Shown: piece by piece, positions 35,901-50,651 of the stretch
Position numbering within the stretch: position 1 is the first letter of the stretch
How the letters are laid out: every line of letters begins with the position of its first letter
Source of the DNA: Hormiphora californensis
Taxonomy: Eukaryota; Animalia; Ctenophora
Length of the DNA stretch: 64,000 bases
Direction: 5' to 3'
Assembly (NCBI GenBank): GCA_020137815.1
Contig: CM035360.1
Span: forward strand, 5,642,001 to 5,706,000
The notes under the pieces: generated by a model
The model's input: the letters and a program-made list of their open reading frames with translations, nothing else
Told to the model about the DNA's origin: nothing
Databases searched by the model: none
Position numbers and translations under genes: made by a program

Positions 35901-38900
35901 TCACATGTATCTAGGTTGGAGCAGACGAGTAACGCGGAACTAAAGGGTCGGATAGATAAGAGAATCAGACAGCTAACTGACATGTTAGTGGATGTTAACA
36001 TGGGTGCGGGCATGTACGCCTATGGGAAGGCAAGCAAGAAGCCTGTGAAGCATCTCATCATGCTGGACAAGGTGAGGGATCGTTGCAGTTCCACAATGTT
36101 CCTGGGAGTTGCAGTTCTATAATTCAGTGGCATATATTATCTGCAGTTGTGCCATTCATGTTTTTTGTGAAAAATAGTGCCCGTTTCACCTATCACAGTT
36201 GGGCAAATTATTTTGGTACGTCTGTAAAATACTACAATATAGATGATTCACAACAGCTCTCGCTAACAGGTGATTCAAGCTACTGCCCTGTTCCTGAGGA
36301 ACAAGTCCCTAACTTTAAAGATGACACTGAGGAGAATCAAGATGGAGGGCACCATGACACTGTATATTCGGAAACTCTCCCAGGTATGTCATGAACATGA
36401 TAATTCCATCCTAATTCCCCAGAGACAGAATTGAGTACGATGTACCCTGAACTCTCTCTTAACAGGGAAGGGAACAGCACAGGATAGAGAGGGGTACAGA
36501 TTTGGTGGTGGTATAGTGGGTGTACCCAAGAGACAGAAATGGTGTAATTATAGTCTCGCTTTCTTTTTTAACCATTCCCAATTCACTATTCATGTTTTAC
36601 AGGCGTTCTTCAACACAGTTGCAGTGGTCGGTGTTGAGTTTCAATCAGTGTTTAGTGCCACTAATACTAGCTGTTTACCGGGTATGTTTTAGTAGGTACC
36701 TGTGTTAGTAGGTACATGTGATACCTGGTAGGTACAATCATACCCACCCCACCAGCTGATTAGAGTTTTTTAGAATCAAATAAAACTTCATTCTAACTCA
36801 TCGATCTAACATTTCAGCCTACGTGTCCTGGGTTGAGTCAGAGTTGTGTATATTCACTGAGATGTTCTCCCGTCAAGTCTTCCCCCAGGGTAGTGTCCTG
36901 GGTCACGGTGTAGCGGGGGAGTGTGTTGCCATCGCTATGACACATGCTCTACAGGTACGAGGGTGGGACAGTCCCGCTGGGACCCAATATTTAACTGCAT
37001 GACACTCATGACCATTTAACTTTTGAGTTTTACACTTAAATTTTAAGTGTAAACCTGAGAAGTGTGAAGTATTTTCGTAATACCAATGATTCCCCCTGTA
37101 CAGTTAAACGAGAATGGTCTCGACTTCCGGTTTCTACTATTCCGTCTCCTTCACTCAGAAATATCATCCACCCTACAAAGGAACCATATCCAAATTATTG
37201 AGGCCATCCAACTCCGAGCCAAGGTATGATCTAGACTGTAGTATTGTGTATATTTGCAGACTGTTAATTCCTTCATGTCTTGATGAGTCTTGTTGAGTAA
37301 TTCATGATCCAACCCTCTCCTTTCCTCTATAAAAACACGACTACATCTTGAATCTTCGCCCTACGACCCTGTCTCTTATGACTTTATCAGAAACCTACGA
37401 CCCTGTCTGACTTTATTAATCCTATCTCCAGGAAGAGAAGTGGAAGATGGTATACATGAAGAGAGCTGATTTGACGAGGCTAGAGGAACTACTGGGCTTC
37501 TATAACGTCGACATAAAGAAGGTATCAGCAATCCTTCACCTAAATAATAATAAAACTCGCCCGATACTATGATCGGCGATAGCCAGTACTGTGTAACTAA
37601 CCCAATAACTTTGCGACCAGTACTGTGTAACTAACCCAATAACTTTGCGACCAGTACTGTGTAACTAACCCAATAACTTTGCGACCAGTACTGTGTAACT
37701 AACCCAATGACTTTGCAGTACTGTGTAACTAACCCAATAACTTTGCAGTACTGTGTAACTAACCCAATAACTTTGCGACCAGTACTGTGTAACTAACCCA
37801 ATAACTTTGCAGTACTGTGTAACTAACCCAATAACTTTGCAGTACTGTGTAACTAACCCAATAACTTTGCAGTACTGTGTAACTAACCCAATAACTTTGC
37901 GACCAGTACTGTGTAACTAACTCAATAACTTTGCGACCAGTACTGTGTAACTAACCCAATAACTTTGCAGTACTGTGTAACTAACCCAATAACTTTGCGA
38001 CCAGTACTGTGTAACTAACCCAATAACTTTGCAGTACTGTGTAACTAACCCAATAACTTTGCAGTACTGTGTAACTAACCCAATAACTTTGCAGTACTGT
38101 GTAACTAACCCAATAACTTTGCGACCAGTACTGTGTAACTAACTCAATAACTTTGCGACCAGTACTGTGTAACTAACCCAATAACTTTGCAGTACTGTGT
38201 AACTAACCCAATAACTTTGCGACCAGTACTGTGTAACTAACCCAATAACTTTGCAGTACTGTGTAACTAACCCAATAACTTTGCGACCAGTACTGTGTAA
38301 CTAACCCAATAACTTTGCAGTACTGTGTAACGACAACGAAGGATGAGGAAGTCACACTAGGATTGATGTTGTGTAACAGTGTACTCAGCTTTGTTCGGTC
38401 CTTCCATTCCTACCTACTGGATGCCAAAAAGGTAAACGAACTGACATTTCAATCCGGGAATCAGAATATAATTCCAGGATGTGACATATATTACACATTG
38501 GGATTTGAATAACCTTGGAACTATTAAGGGGTTAAATTTTACTTTTTTACTACATCCGTGGCCTCTTTCAGATGTATAACCCAAGAGTAAAAAAGCAACT
38601 GATAGCCTCTACGAGGAGCTGTCTTACTAACCAACACTTCGCACTCAGTGTCGCAATGGTGGTAAGTTACAACAGACAGAAACAAGTAAACAACCAATCA
38701 GAACTCGTTATTTAGGTCACGTGACTGGTTATCAGCCAATCAGGGACCAGTATTTCCTGATTCGGTCGGTTCCTGGTGGTAAGTTACAACAGACCGCGTG
38801 GTTCGTCTGGCGATGCGATCCTAGAGTTTGCTTAGATCGCGTTTGCAGAACGAGACAGAGTTCGTAAATAATACGGGCATATTTTTATTGAGGTCCTTTA

Positions 38901-41253
38901 TAGAAACAGAAAGATCACCTGTACCACTAATTAGATAGTTAGGGTAGCGACTGGCTATTTGAAACAGTTTTTCACTTTTTTCCCTTGCCTGCCCACAAGT
39001 CAAGTCGAACCCAAATTTTTTTGACCTTGTGTTACCGAGACAGTCCCTGGGTAGTTTTTTGGGTGGTTGGAGATGTCTCATTTTGTCTTCCGGGGTCAGG
39101 GTCACGTGATATCTATCCAAATTTGGTGTTTCAATTTACCCGCCTCGGTCTGCTAATTTGAAACACCCGTATCTCCCTCAATTTCTCCACGAAACCAAAA
39201 TTTTTGACATTGAATAGTTAGAAAAGGGTTGTGCAGAGCCATTCCATGTCTGAAATCTGAATTTTGTTGAACGTGCTTGGTGCAATGACCTTTTCCAAAA
39301 ACTGTTTCAAATTAGCAGGAAAACAGTTTTTGCCTCATATTCGGCCAACTTTTGGCGGAAATGACTCAAATCATAGTTTATATCCTGCCTCACACGGCGT
39401 GCCTGGTGAAATTTTAACACGACCTAGCATGCAACGGGAAACCACCACTTGTACGTGGTAGCTGAGGGTCTACAGAATGGCGCTACGGTGCGGGAAAAAA
39501 AAGTCCATGCCCTAAAATCGTTTTTTTTTACTTTTATTTGATTTGGGTCAAAATTGGCTATATTAAACGTGGCCCCGAAAAATCCATAATGACTTAGCAC
39601 ACGAAATATGTCACCCCTACCTATTTTTGCACGTAGAATCGATTGCCGTTGAAGTCGAATCTCTAAAATGACTGTAAAATGGTCAAAAGTTGATTTTTTA
39701 CCATTTTTTGGAGGTTTTTGGCCCCTAAACCATTGAAAACGTTGAGATAGGAATTTGAAATTAGTGCCAATCGTTAAAATGGTCATTTTTCTACCAAGAA
39801 CCAAGTTTTCGTGTATATCCGATTTATGGTTAGATTTGGGCAAATTGTTGAAATCTGCCAACTAGGAGAACCGTAACTTGATTTTCTTGTTTTTTGGATT
39901 TTGGCATTTTTGACAAACTTCTGATTGAAATGGTCAATCGGGACCATGCTTAAGTTGTTTATGGGACAATTTTCGACTAAAATCCAAGATTTCATACCAA
40001 TCCAATAACAGATCGTTGATTTATAGAAAATTTAAGTAGGAAAAACGGTGAAAATAAGCAAGAAAAGTTGTTATTTTCACCGTTTTGCCTACTTAGATTT
40101 TCTATAAATCAACGATCTGTTATTGGATTGGTATGAAATCTTGGATTTTAGTCGAAAATTGTCCCATAAACAACTTAAGCATGGTCCCGATTGACCATTT
40201 CAATCAGAAGTTTGTCAAAAATGCCAAAATCCAAAAAACAAGAAAATCAAGTTACGGTTCTCCTAGTTGGCAGATTTCAACAATTTGCCCAAATCTGACC
40301 ATAAATCGGATATACACGAAAACTTGGTTCTTGGTAGAAAAATGACCATTTTAACGATTGGCACTAATTTCAAATTCCTATCTCAACGTTTTCAATGGTT
40401 TAGGGGCCAAAAACCTCCAAAAAATGGTAAAAAATCAACTTTTGACCATTTTACAGTCATTTTAGAGATTCGAATTCAACGGCAATCGATTCTACGTGCA
40501 AAAATAGGTGGGGGTGACATATTTCGTGTGCTAAGTCATTATGGATTTTTCGGGGCCACGTTTAATATAGCCAATTTTGACCCAAATCAAATAAAAGTAA
40601 AAAAAACGATTTTAGGGCATGGACTTTTTTTTCCCGCACCGTAGCGCCATTCTGTAGACCCTCAGCTACCACGTACAAGTGGTGGTTTCCCGTTGCATGC
40701 TAGGTCGTGTTAAAATTTCACCAGGCACGCCGTGCTCATGCTCATATTGAACAACAAAAATTTCGACAATCCAATCGGAGAAAATTGTTTCAAATAGCCC
40801 TCCTCAGTGTTTCAAGTTACCAGACTCTCTTCACTGTGCTACAGCACACACACGACACCAATCAGAGAGCAAATAACGCGCATTTGTTTCAAATAACCAG
40901 AGCACGTGTTTCAAGTTATCAGACACTGTTTCAAGTTAGCAGGCGTTTCAAATTGCCAGTCGCTACCCTAATCATTCTCTACCTCGACTCAGGACACAGA
41001 GGATGAACAGAACAAATCAATTCTGAGTTCCAGTAAAATCTTCTACAACAGAGCATTCATCCCTGCTGTTGTGGCCTTCCTAGAGTCTCAGGTTAGTGGA
41101 AAAGTTACATAGTATTACATCATCCTAGATGCTCGGTGGCACACAATCAAAAGGGGGCCGGGAGGCTGCGTGACAAGTACACCTAACATTTCTCTTCTAC
41201 AGGTGTTTATGCAGCCAGTGGTAGAGTTGCGAGCCGTCATAGAACAAGTAAAG
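32951..41253 (+). CDS. EXOC8: Exocyst complex component 8 (Exo84), multi-exon; terminal exon not resolved
   Basis: ENFNAKE; DLQQNVYLNYDQFIETSKEITYLEAEV (Vps51-like N-terminus); PH-like IFLLNDCVM; ELPEHLDVCIAQRNFDDAV; C-terminal helical exons. Confidence 0.85.
37584..38331 (+). repeat. 30/34-bp tandem array, ~24 copies of branch point, acceptor and exon start of an EXOC8 exon
   Basis: Unit AG|TACTGTGTAACTAACCCAATAACTTTGC(GACC); final copy continues TACTGTGTAACGACAACG into exon 38321-38431. Confidence 0.95.
38678..38775 (+). mobile_element. hAT-type MITE lacking left TIR, flanked by a 19-bp duplication
   Basis: GTGGTAAGTTACAACAGAC at 38659-38677 and 38776-38794. Confidence 0.85.
38940..40970. 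mobile_element. TIR element hosting the nested foldback insertion
   Basis: 26-bp TIR TAGGGTAGCGACTGGC(T/A)ATTTGAAAC at both ends; no coding capacity seen. Confidence 0.8.
39393..40734. mobile_element. Non-autonomous foldback transposon, Chapaev/CMC-like, copy 2
   Basis: Near-identical to 5154-6493; CAC...GTG termini; 4-bp TSD CTCA. Confidence 0.92.
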
Positions 41254-41612
41254 GTCAGTAGTTTGTATTCCTATCCGGGGAGGGGGGGGGGGGCTATGAG
41301 CCGTCATAGAACAAGTAAAGGTCAGTAGTTTGTATACCTATCCGGGAAGGGGGGGGGCTATGAGCCGTCATAGAACAAGTAAAGGTCAGTAGTTTGTATT
41401 CCTATCCGGGGAAGGGGGGGGGCTATGAGCCGTCATAGAACAAGTAAAGGTCAGTAGTTTGTATACCTATCCGGGAAGGGGGGGGGCTATGAGCCGTCAT
41501 AGAACAAGTAAAGGTCAGTAGTTTGTATTCCTATCCGGGGAGGGGGGGGGGGCTATGAGCCGTCATAGAACAAGTAAAGGTCAGTAGTTTGTATACCTAT
41601 CCGGGAAGGGGG
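41231..41612 (+). repeat. ~65-bp tandem array, 6 copies of EXOC8 exon end plus putative 5' donor
   Basis: Unit GAGCCGTCATAGAACAAGTAAAG|GTCAGTAGTTTGTAT...G-run. Confidence 0.92.
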
Positions 41613-41734
41613 GTCTTTTCTGTATGGACTGTTAGTGTTGGTATATTTGGTAAAAGAAACTAATAGTTACACCTATCAAGTATATGCATTTTAAAAGTTT
41701 GTCTTTTCCATCACTCCATCACTCCATCACTCCA

Positions 41735-44066
41735 TCACTGCATCCAGCACAGCCCACAAGATTTAAGGCAATTCCTGGACATCCACTTTGTGTAAGTTTT
41801 GTGATAACAGAATCCCTCTCCTTGCCAGTAACTACAGTACAACTGGTAATCGAAACAAGACACATTGCTCTTTTCTTCCTCTTCCTCAGGTTCTGTCTCA
41901 CTACCACCTCCGCTGGATGCATCAGTTGTGTCTGGCCTCCACTGAGTTACAGAGACAAAGCTCCCAGCGGGTCCCCCAACATTATATTTGTTCAGGGTGT
42001 CGATATCAAACTTGTGCCCAAAACTCTCCAGCACCTCCCCGTTAAGAGCTGCACTGTAACTATCAGCTCCTACAGTTACCTTCAAAGAGAGACTATCACC
42101 TTCAATTGTGGGGTAGTCTCCAATCACCTTGGTCCCCCAAGTTCCACTTGTCTTACTGTTGATCCGGTAGACCCCTTTAGCCTCCTGGAACTCGATATGA
42201 TATGCAATATCGCTGCTTGAGAAGACGTTAAAGAACCACTTCCCAGTAGATGACGTCACAGAGGTAACGTTAACTTCAAACATATCTCCCGAGGAGACCC
42301 CATCCAGTTTGATCTTCTTCTTCTTAGTGATATCTGTGGTCTGGTATACAGAGTTGTAGGTGACCTGGTCATCCTCACTAGCATCGTCATCTTGGGAGCT
42401 GTCTGATCCGTCCAGGGCAAGGATGGGGTAGGATGCCCAGTAACTGTACCCGTCAGAGGAGCACCCTCGCTGTAGCTTAAAGTACCCATCAATACCCCAG
42501 GATGTGCCCCAGCTGTTCTTAATTAGCAGAGAATCAGCATCGTACCCAACCAGGGTTACCAAGTGGTTACAGTTCTCCCCCAGACAACTGTCAATAGTTC
42601 CACTTTCGTAGTAGTAGACGGTGTCATCTACGTAGACACAGATAGCTACTGGTCCGTAGCTGCCCAAGTTGGTTAACATAGAACTCTCTGAGTCGGATTC
42701 TCTCATGACCTGAAAAAGAACTTGGGTAAAACATTTGGACACATTTTATATTGATTGAGGCAGCCTGTTATCATGTTCAAAAGATAAGACTTGAAGGAAG
42801 GACCGCTATACTAAAACAAGAATAATTTCAGTTTGTTCACCTAACGGGTAGGTATCAAGTCTAAATACCTTGTATCCAGTTAGTTGTGCCCCCTCCAACC
42901 CATTAGTTCCATCCCTGGAACAGTCATCTGCTGTCTTGGCTCCCTCATAGGGGGTATCCTCTAGCAGTGCTACAAAGTTATTCTCCTTGATATCAGTCCA
43001 GACGGTCGGCCACCACCCACCACTACAACCATACGCGCTGTTACAGTCGATCACCTATAGAGGAGTGTGATGGGGTTAGCTTTGTTCTTACTCTCCATGG
43101 TGCAGAGAGAGCGAGAGATGTTCGAACAAGGCAAGGTTAGCTATGGAAATGTGAGCAAGCAATTTAAGTCCAGTAAAGGTAGCATTTATTGAAAACAAGT
43201 TCTGTCTGCTAACCTGTTGCTCACTGAAGTTTTTAAGGTTCCCCGTTGCTATGAAATAAGATGATTCAACGGTGGCGATGGCACCGAATGCCCAACATGA
43301 ACCACACGTTCCTGTAAAAGAGTGATTTCGAGTTAGAGAATAACGTGTACTATAATAATACAAGCATATTACATAGAAGTGGTTAACAAGTTAGATAAGG
43401 GTGTGCTAACTATTAGTTAGCACACCCACTGGTTAGGCGAAGTCACGGGCGGAGTTTAGTGTTAGAGGAAGTCAGTGTTTTCTTGTACCTACCTTGATTT
43501 TTAACAGGTGTAACAGCCCCGTGATCCCTCCAATCCAGACTCTCCTCATCACTCCGTTTCCCTCTGATCCTCCCAGCAGGACCCATCTTCCCAGCAGGAC
43601 CCATCCTGTTCCTGGGTAGTGGTGGCCTCATCCCACCCTCATCTCCACCCCTTACCTGGGGCTGGGAGGTCCACTTGGCCTTAGTCTCTGTCATGTGAGT
43701 CATGTTAACACCAAGATATCCCTTCTTCTCATCATCTGTCATCATAGCGAAGAAGTTCTCTCCCATTTTGAATTTATCCTCTCCCCGCTCCGCACGGAGT
43801 GCTTGGATCCTTGTTCGGGAGGCTTGGAACAACTTGAACCGCTCTGTTTTAGTTCCGTCAGTTAGAAGATCCTCCATTCGGTGGCCCTGTCTTCGTGGTC
43901 CTCGAAGTTGATCCCTCTCACTGGCCCCCTGGGCTAGGGACCTGTCCCATAAAGCATTGAACTCCGTCCGGGCCTGGAGGGCTTCTGTCCTGGGATGACG
44001 CCTTGCATCTAGTGCCTTGATGGCGCAGAGGACGCCTAGGGCAAACAACACTAATCTTGTCGACAT
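41735..44066 (-). CDS. Papain-family (C1A) cysteine protease with C-terminal galectin-like domain and ShKT domain, 4 exons
   Basis: Signal peptide, prodomain, DWRDHGAVTPVKNQG|TCGSCWAF, CNHLVTLVGY, IKNSWGTSWG; DIAYHIEF...INS..SGTWG; C-terminal 6-Cys ShKT. Confidence 0.92.
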
Positions 44067-44803
44067 GGTGAAATGATCAGTATAGTTAGAGCCAAGTGCT
44101 AAGTGCAGTAGCAGATGTGGGTGTCTATTATTAGCTATCTAAACAATCAGAATATAGCTTCTAGTTCATCCATCGCTTGTAGGAGGGGGATGGACGTGTT
44201 AAAATAACTGCATGGCCTCATGGGTTGCACAATGCAGAGTACAGAGTATCCTGGAACCGGATTCAGTTATCCAAGTTATCCTATACCTGTTTTCCTAATA
44301 AACCCCTTTTCAGGTTGAAATGTTGTAGCAAATAGATGAGATGATGGTATCCCCTACTACAAGCAATGTAAGTAGAGAATCACACACGTGCCAAGGGCTT
44401 GTTTTGTTCAAACCGGAGGTGCGGAGAGAGAGGGTCGAACAATGCGACTAGGGGCTGTATATACGAACTCTTGAACATGTGTGGGACAATATGAGATTCA
44501 TCTTTGAGTTATCACGTGATCTATTGGGAATCCTTGATCATGATTTTTTACGAAGACGTTTATTTTGAATTTATTGTACTTGACTGTATTTTCTTCCCGT
44601 AATTTGGTAACCGATATTTTTCATTTTGTTTCGGACACGGTTGGTAATGGGATCCAGGGACCAACACTCTTCGATCGCCACATTATAACACACCATAGTT
44701 TACAGGAAACCGAAATTTTGAAAGATATACATAATCATAATTTACAGCGCTTTTCAGACCATGCTCTGTACTCGAATAATGTCTCCAAGTTCTCAATGTC
44801 TCT

Positions 44804-46974
<2,171 letters not shown>

Positions 46975-47027
46975 GTTGGATCGAATTAATGGACGCTGGT
47001 GGTGGCTCCCAGATATATAGTAACGCT

Positions 47028-47127
<100 letters not shown>

Positions 47128-47440
47128 TTAGGTAGGCCGAGTTCTTTGTTTACTTTACTGACAAAGAGTTTTAAAGCTCTGCTCCTGCAGGTCGTTGTTA
47201 CTAACAATGTTAAAGACATCAATGGAATTGGTGATGAATGGACCCGGGGACAATGTCAGGACAGGAGTTCTGAGCTTGTTGTCATTGAAGAAGTTCTGAG
47301 CCTTGTTGTAAAGACACATAATAGCAAGGGCGTCTTGGTGCTTCCGCATGCTAGCCCAATACAAAGCCCCCACCCCCTTCCCTCTGTATGCAAAGCCCCC
47401 ACCCGCTTCCCTCTGTATACAGGGCTTCTATCTTGTTGAG

Positions 47441-47508
47441 CAACTCAACAACCTCTAGTAGAGGCTCTACCTCTAGCTATTAGAGCTCTACTAGAGGTTG
47501 TTGAGTTG
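47441..47508. repeat. Short hairpin/inverted repeat (MITE-like)
   Basis: CAACTCAACAACCTCTAGTAGAG ... CTCTACTAGAGGTTGTTGAGTTG. Confidence 0.8.
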
Positions 47509-48283
47509 CCTCTATAGAGGCTCTACCAGGATATAGTGGTGAAGCCTACCTGGCGACCATTGGGGGACAGCTAAGATATGACAATTGAAGACCTCGACCA
47601 TTGTTCATGTTGAGTAAGGGGGTTAAACTCAACAACTTGTCCACTAGTAGAGGGGTAGTATGTTGGAATCATTACAACATATTGTCCTGTTCTTGGACCA
47701 CTCACTAAACCAAAGGCACATAATATACCGGGTTGTTGTAATTGCATATGCAGGTAGAACGGGCCTGAACGGGGTCTTTTATGGGAGTTTGATTTAAAAG
47801 GCTCAGACCCCGGTCCCGACTACAGAAAATGACACGAGTAATACCCCGACCCGTACATACATGAAAATTATTGATGGGGTGGCTGTGGCTGAAATACCAA
47901 TGAAACGGAGATTAGATCACATCGATTTATTCATTTTACTAAATCTTCTTCCCCCACTTCCTTGTTTGGTATAAGGGGAGGGATGTTGTAACGAGGATTG
48001 TTGTATTAGGGCCTCCTCCAGTGGATGTAAATTTCCCTCATAATATCTCCAGCGTGCACTTTACTCGCTAAATAAAGGTCGCTGTTGTTGAGTTTACTCA
48101 ACAAGGTCGCTGAATAATTCAGTGTGTATACTGGACATTTCATGAGGTATTGATTGTTGGGTAAGGGGTGGAGGTCGTTGGAGATGTAATGAGGGATTGC
48201 ATTGTTTTCTGGACGAATCAAAACGATATTTTTAATGAAAACTTGGAATTGAAGTAATGTTTATACCAATAATATCAATAATT

Positions 48284-49096
48284 TCATCTGTAGTCCGCAA
48301 TCTCCTCCGAGCTCTGTACAATTCCAGTCTCAGCTGCTTTCTTCAGTAGGTCAATCTGTGCTCTCTGTGCCCTGATCTTGGCCCGCTTGTTCTGGAACCA
48401 AATTGTGATGCTGCGTGGCCTCACACCTAGCTGTTTGGCTAGCTCATCTCTCCTTGCTCCCCTGGCGAAATCAGAAACAGCAAAGGCATCCTCAAGTGTC
48501 TTCAGATCCGCAGCAGTGTATTCAGTTCGCTTTGTTCTCATCTTCCCTCCTCCGACAGTCTGGTCCTGGTGGTGAACTGGCTTGGTACATGGTACTACTG
48601 TAGGTAGCTTGGTACATGGCAGGTCAGTTGAGGAATCGGCAGGGTGTAGGGTAACCGGTCGGTGGAGCTGGTGGTGGTGGTGGGCAGGTACCTGTGGGTG
48701 GTTCTGTAGGCCATGGGGTGCAGGCTGGTGGATTTGTAGGCCAGCAGGAGGCTGATGAATTCCTGTGGGAGGTTGATGAAGGCCAGTTGTAGGTGTTTGA
48801 TGTAGTCCAGTAGGCTGAATTCCAGTAGGCTGATGTAGAGCAGGGATGGAGTCCAACTGGGTGCCGGCAGGGAAGTTGTAAGGGTTGAAAGGGGTCCCTC
48901 CGATATGGTAGGTATTGCTGATGATGGTCTGTTGCCTGAGTGTAGCTCCTGGGTAGTAGTATGAACCCTGATCCGCGTCATGATAGTAGGGGTATCCACC
49001 ACGGTTGTTGTAGTATGGTGATTTCTCGGTTTCTGGAGAGCTGCTGCAGGAACTGGAGCCAGCCTGGAGGTCAACTGGGGATCCCGTGTAGATCAT
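48284..49096 (-). CDS. Intronless homeobox transcription factor (Q50, divergent ANTP-like)
   Basis: RTKRTEYTAADLKTLEDAF...RDELAKQLGV...ITIWFQNKRAKIR; P/Q/H-rich N-terminus. Confidence 0.92.
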   Translation of the reverse strand: MIYTGSPVDLQAGSSSCSSSPETEKSPYYNNRGGYPYYHDADQGSYYYPGATLRQQTIISNTYHIGGTPFNPYNFPAGTQLDSIPALHQPTGIQPTGLHQTPTTGLHQPPTGIHQPPAGLQIHQPAPHGLQNHPQVPAHHHHQLHRPVTLHPADSSTDLPCTKLPTVVPCTKPVHHQDQTVGGGKMRTKRTEYTAADLKTLEDAFAVSDFARGARRDELAKQLGVRPRSITIWFQNKRAKIRAQRAQIDLLKKAAETGIVQSSEEIADYR

Positions 49097-49994
49097 GGTA
49101 TCAGTAGCTGTGGTGGTAGCTTAGGTGGTAGTTGTAGTGAAGTAGGTAGCTGTGAAGTAGTTGCTAGTTGTTGTTGTTGTACAGATGGATGATATGATAG
49201 TGAATTGATGGTGTTTAAATACTACTACTACTGTTCAGGAGGGGTGGTATTGGGAGTGTTATTACGTATCAATGTTGTGATACTACGAAATAAAGCTGTA
49301 ATGACGATATCCCGCCCCCTTAATTAGCTTTTTTTCGGTTTGACCTACCCCACCCCTAATGAGGTATAGCAATAGCGCTCCTAGAACCATCCCTAATTAG
49401 GGCACGATATGAGGTTATGTGAATCGTGCAACAAGGGCTAATTAGGGATGGTTATGTGAAACGCAACAAGGGCTAATTAGGGATGGTTATGTGAAACGCA
49501 ACAAGGCCTTGTTGGAGTGACATGTGATTCGCAACCCTAATTATTACCCGATATACGAGATATCATTGCAGTGATACATTTGATGTGTGTCTCTCTGTAG
49601 TTCCAACATTAGAGTTCCCTTGGCCACATTGATGCCTGAGTGAGATTGAGGTCGCCAAAGAGTTCCCCTTTTCATGCTCTTTCTTTTCACCCTCTTCTAA
49701 CTCTTCTTTACATTTGCGGGCCTGGGGCACGGAGAGAGATCATGGTCGAACAAGGTAAAGATCCCCTATGTGTGTGATACAATTGGGACTCATTACTCAT
49801 AAGGTTTATCCCTCAATTGTATAGAGGGTATCTCATGATCCCTACCGACTCAACATGTATTATTCGAATATATCGCTAGCAAACCCCCTTCTGCAATTGT
49901 GGAAAGTATCTCATGATGTTACTAACATGATGAGATACCCTCCACATTGTTAGCCGACTCAACATATAATAATCGAATACATACCCGGACCCCC

Positions 49995-50465
49995 TTTTTT
50001 TTTTTTTTTTTTTTTTCATGTCTTCATCGTTCCTATATCTGTCACCCCCCTACCTCATCATGTGAACCCTGTCAGGCAATTGCCTGACCCTATTTGCTTC
50101 AATCACGAAGGCAGGTCAGGCGGGCTAAGTCTGACAGCGTCTATACAACATACATGTGAGGTGGAGTTTGACGGATATCATCTCTGCAGCCATCCAGTTG
50201 AAACCGGTATTAACCGTATACTGCAAACACCCAATCTCGGGTGCTCTATGCAATTCTGTTGCCCAATCACTGACAGTAAAGCTTGCAGTATGTAGTCAAC
50301 TGGACTTCTTGACGTAGCATATGACGACAGCTTAGAGACTAGTTGAAAGCAGGGTGTGGAAGCAGGGTCAAATGTTCGTGACCAAGCATGTATGTGTTCG
50401 TGTGTGCGACGGGAGTGATAGCCGTGTGCTGATCGTGCGATTTGATAGTGTTCGTGAAGAATGGT
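49995..50465 (-). mobile_element. Poly(A)-tailed retroposed insertion (SINE or LINE 3' fragment)
   Basis: Poly-T at 49995-50016; 13-bp TSD TACCCGGACCCCC at 49982-49994 and 50466-50478. Confidence 0.85.
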
Positions 50466-50651
50466 TACCCGGACCCCCTTCTGCTCATGTGAAATAAAAA
50501 CCCTGCTGCCCGTGTGGTGTTTGTTGTTTCATATAAGACCGTCCTCTTCTACGTGAGGCCGCGTAGTACAGTTGCAGTGTGTGACAAGGTGTTTGACTTT
50601 TGCATCTGTGGGACTCGAGTTTGTGTAATCAGACACTTTTCTTTTAAAAGT

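Noticed and set aside
37584-38331. CRISPR-like appearance of the tandem arrays (also 26852-27110 and 18141-18470)
   Set aside because: No unique spacers, no cas genes, eukaryotic context
47155-47373. 72-aa minus-strand ORF upstream of the protease
   Set aside because: No recognisable motif or supported splice structure
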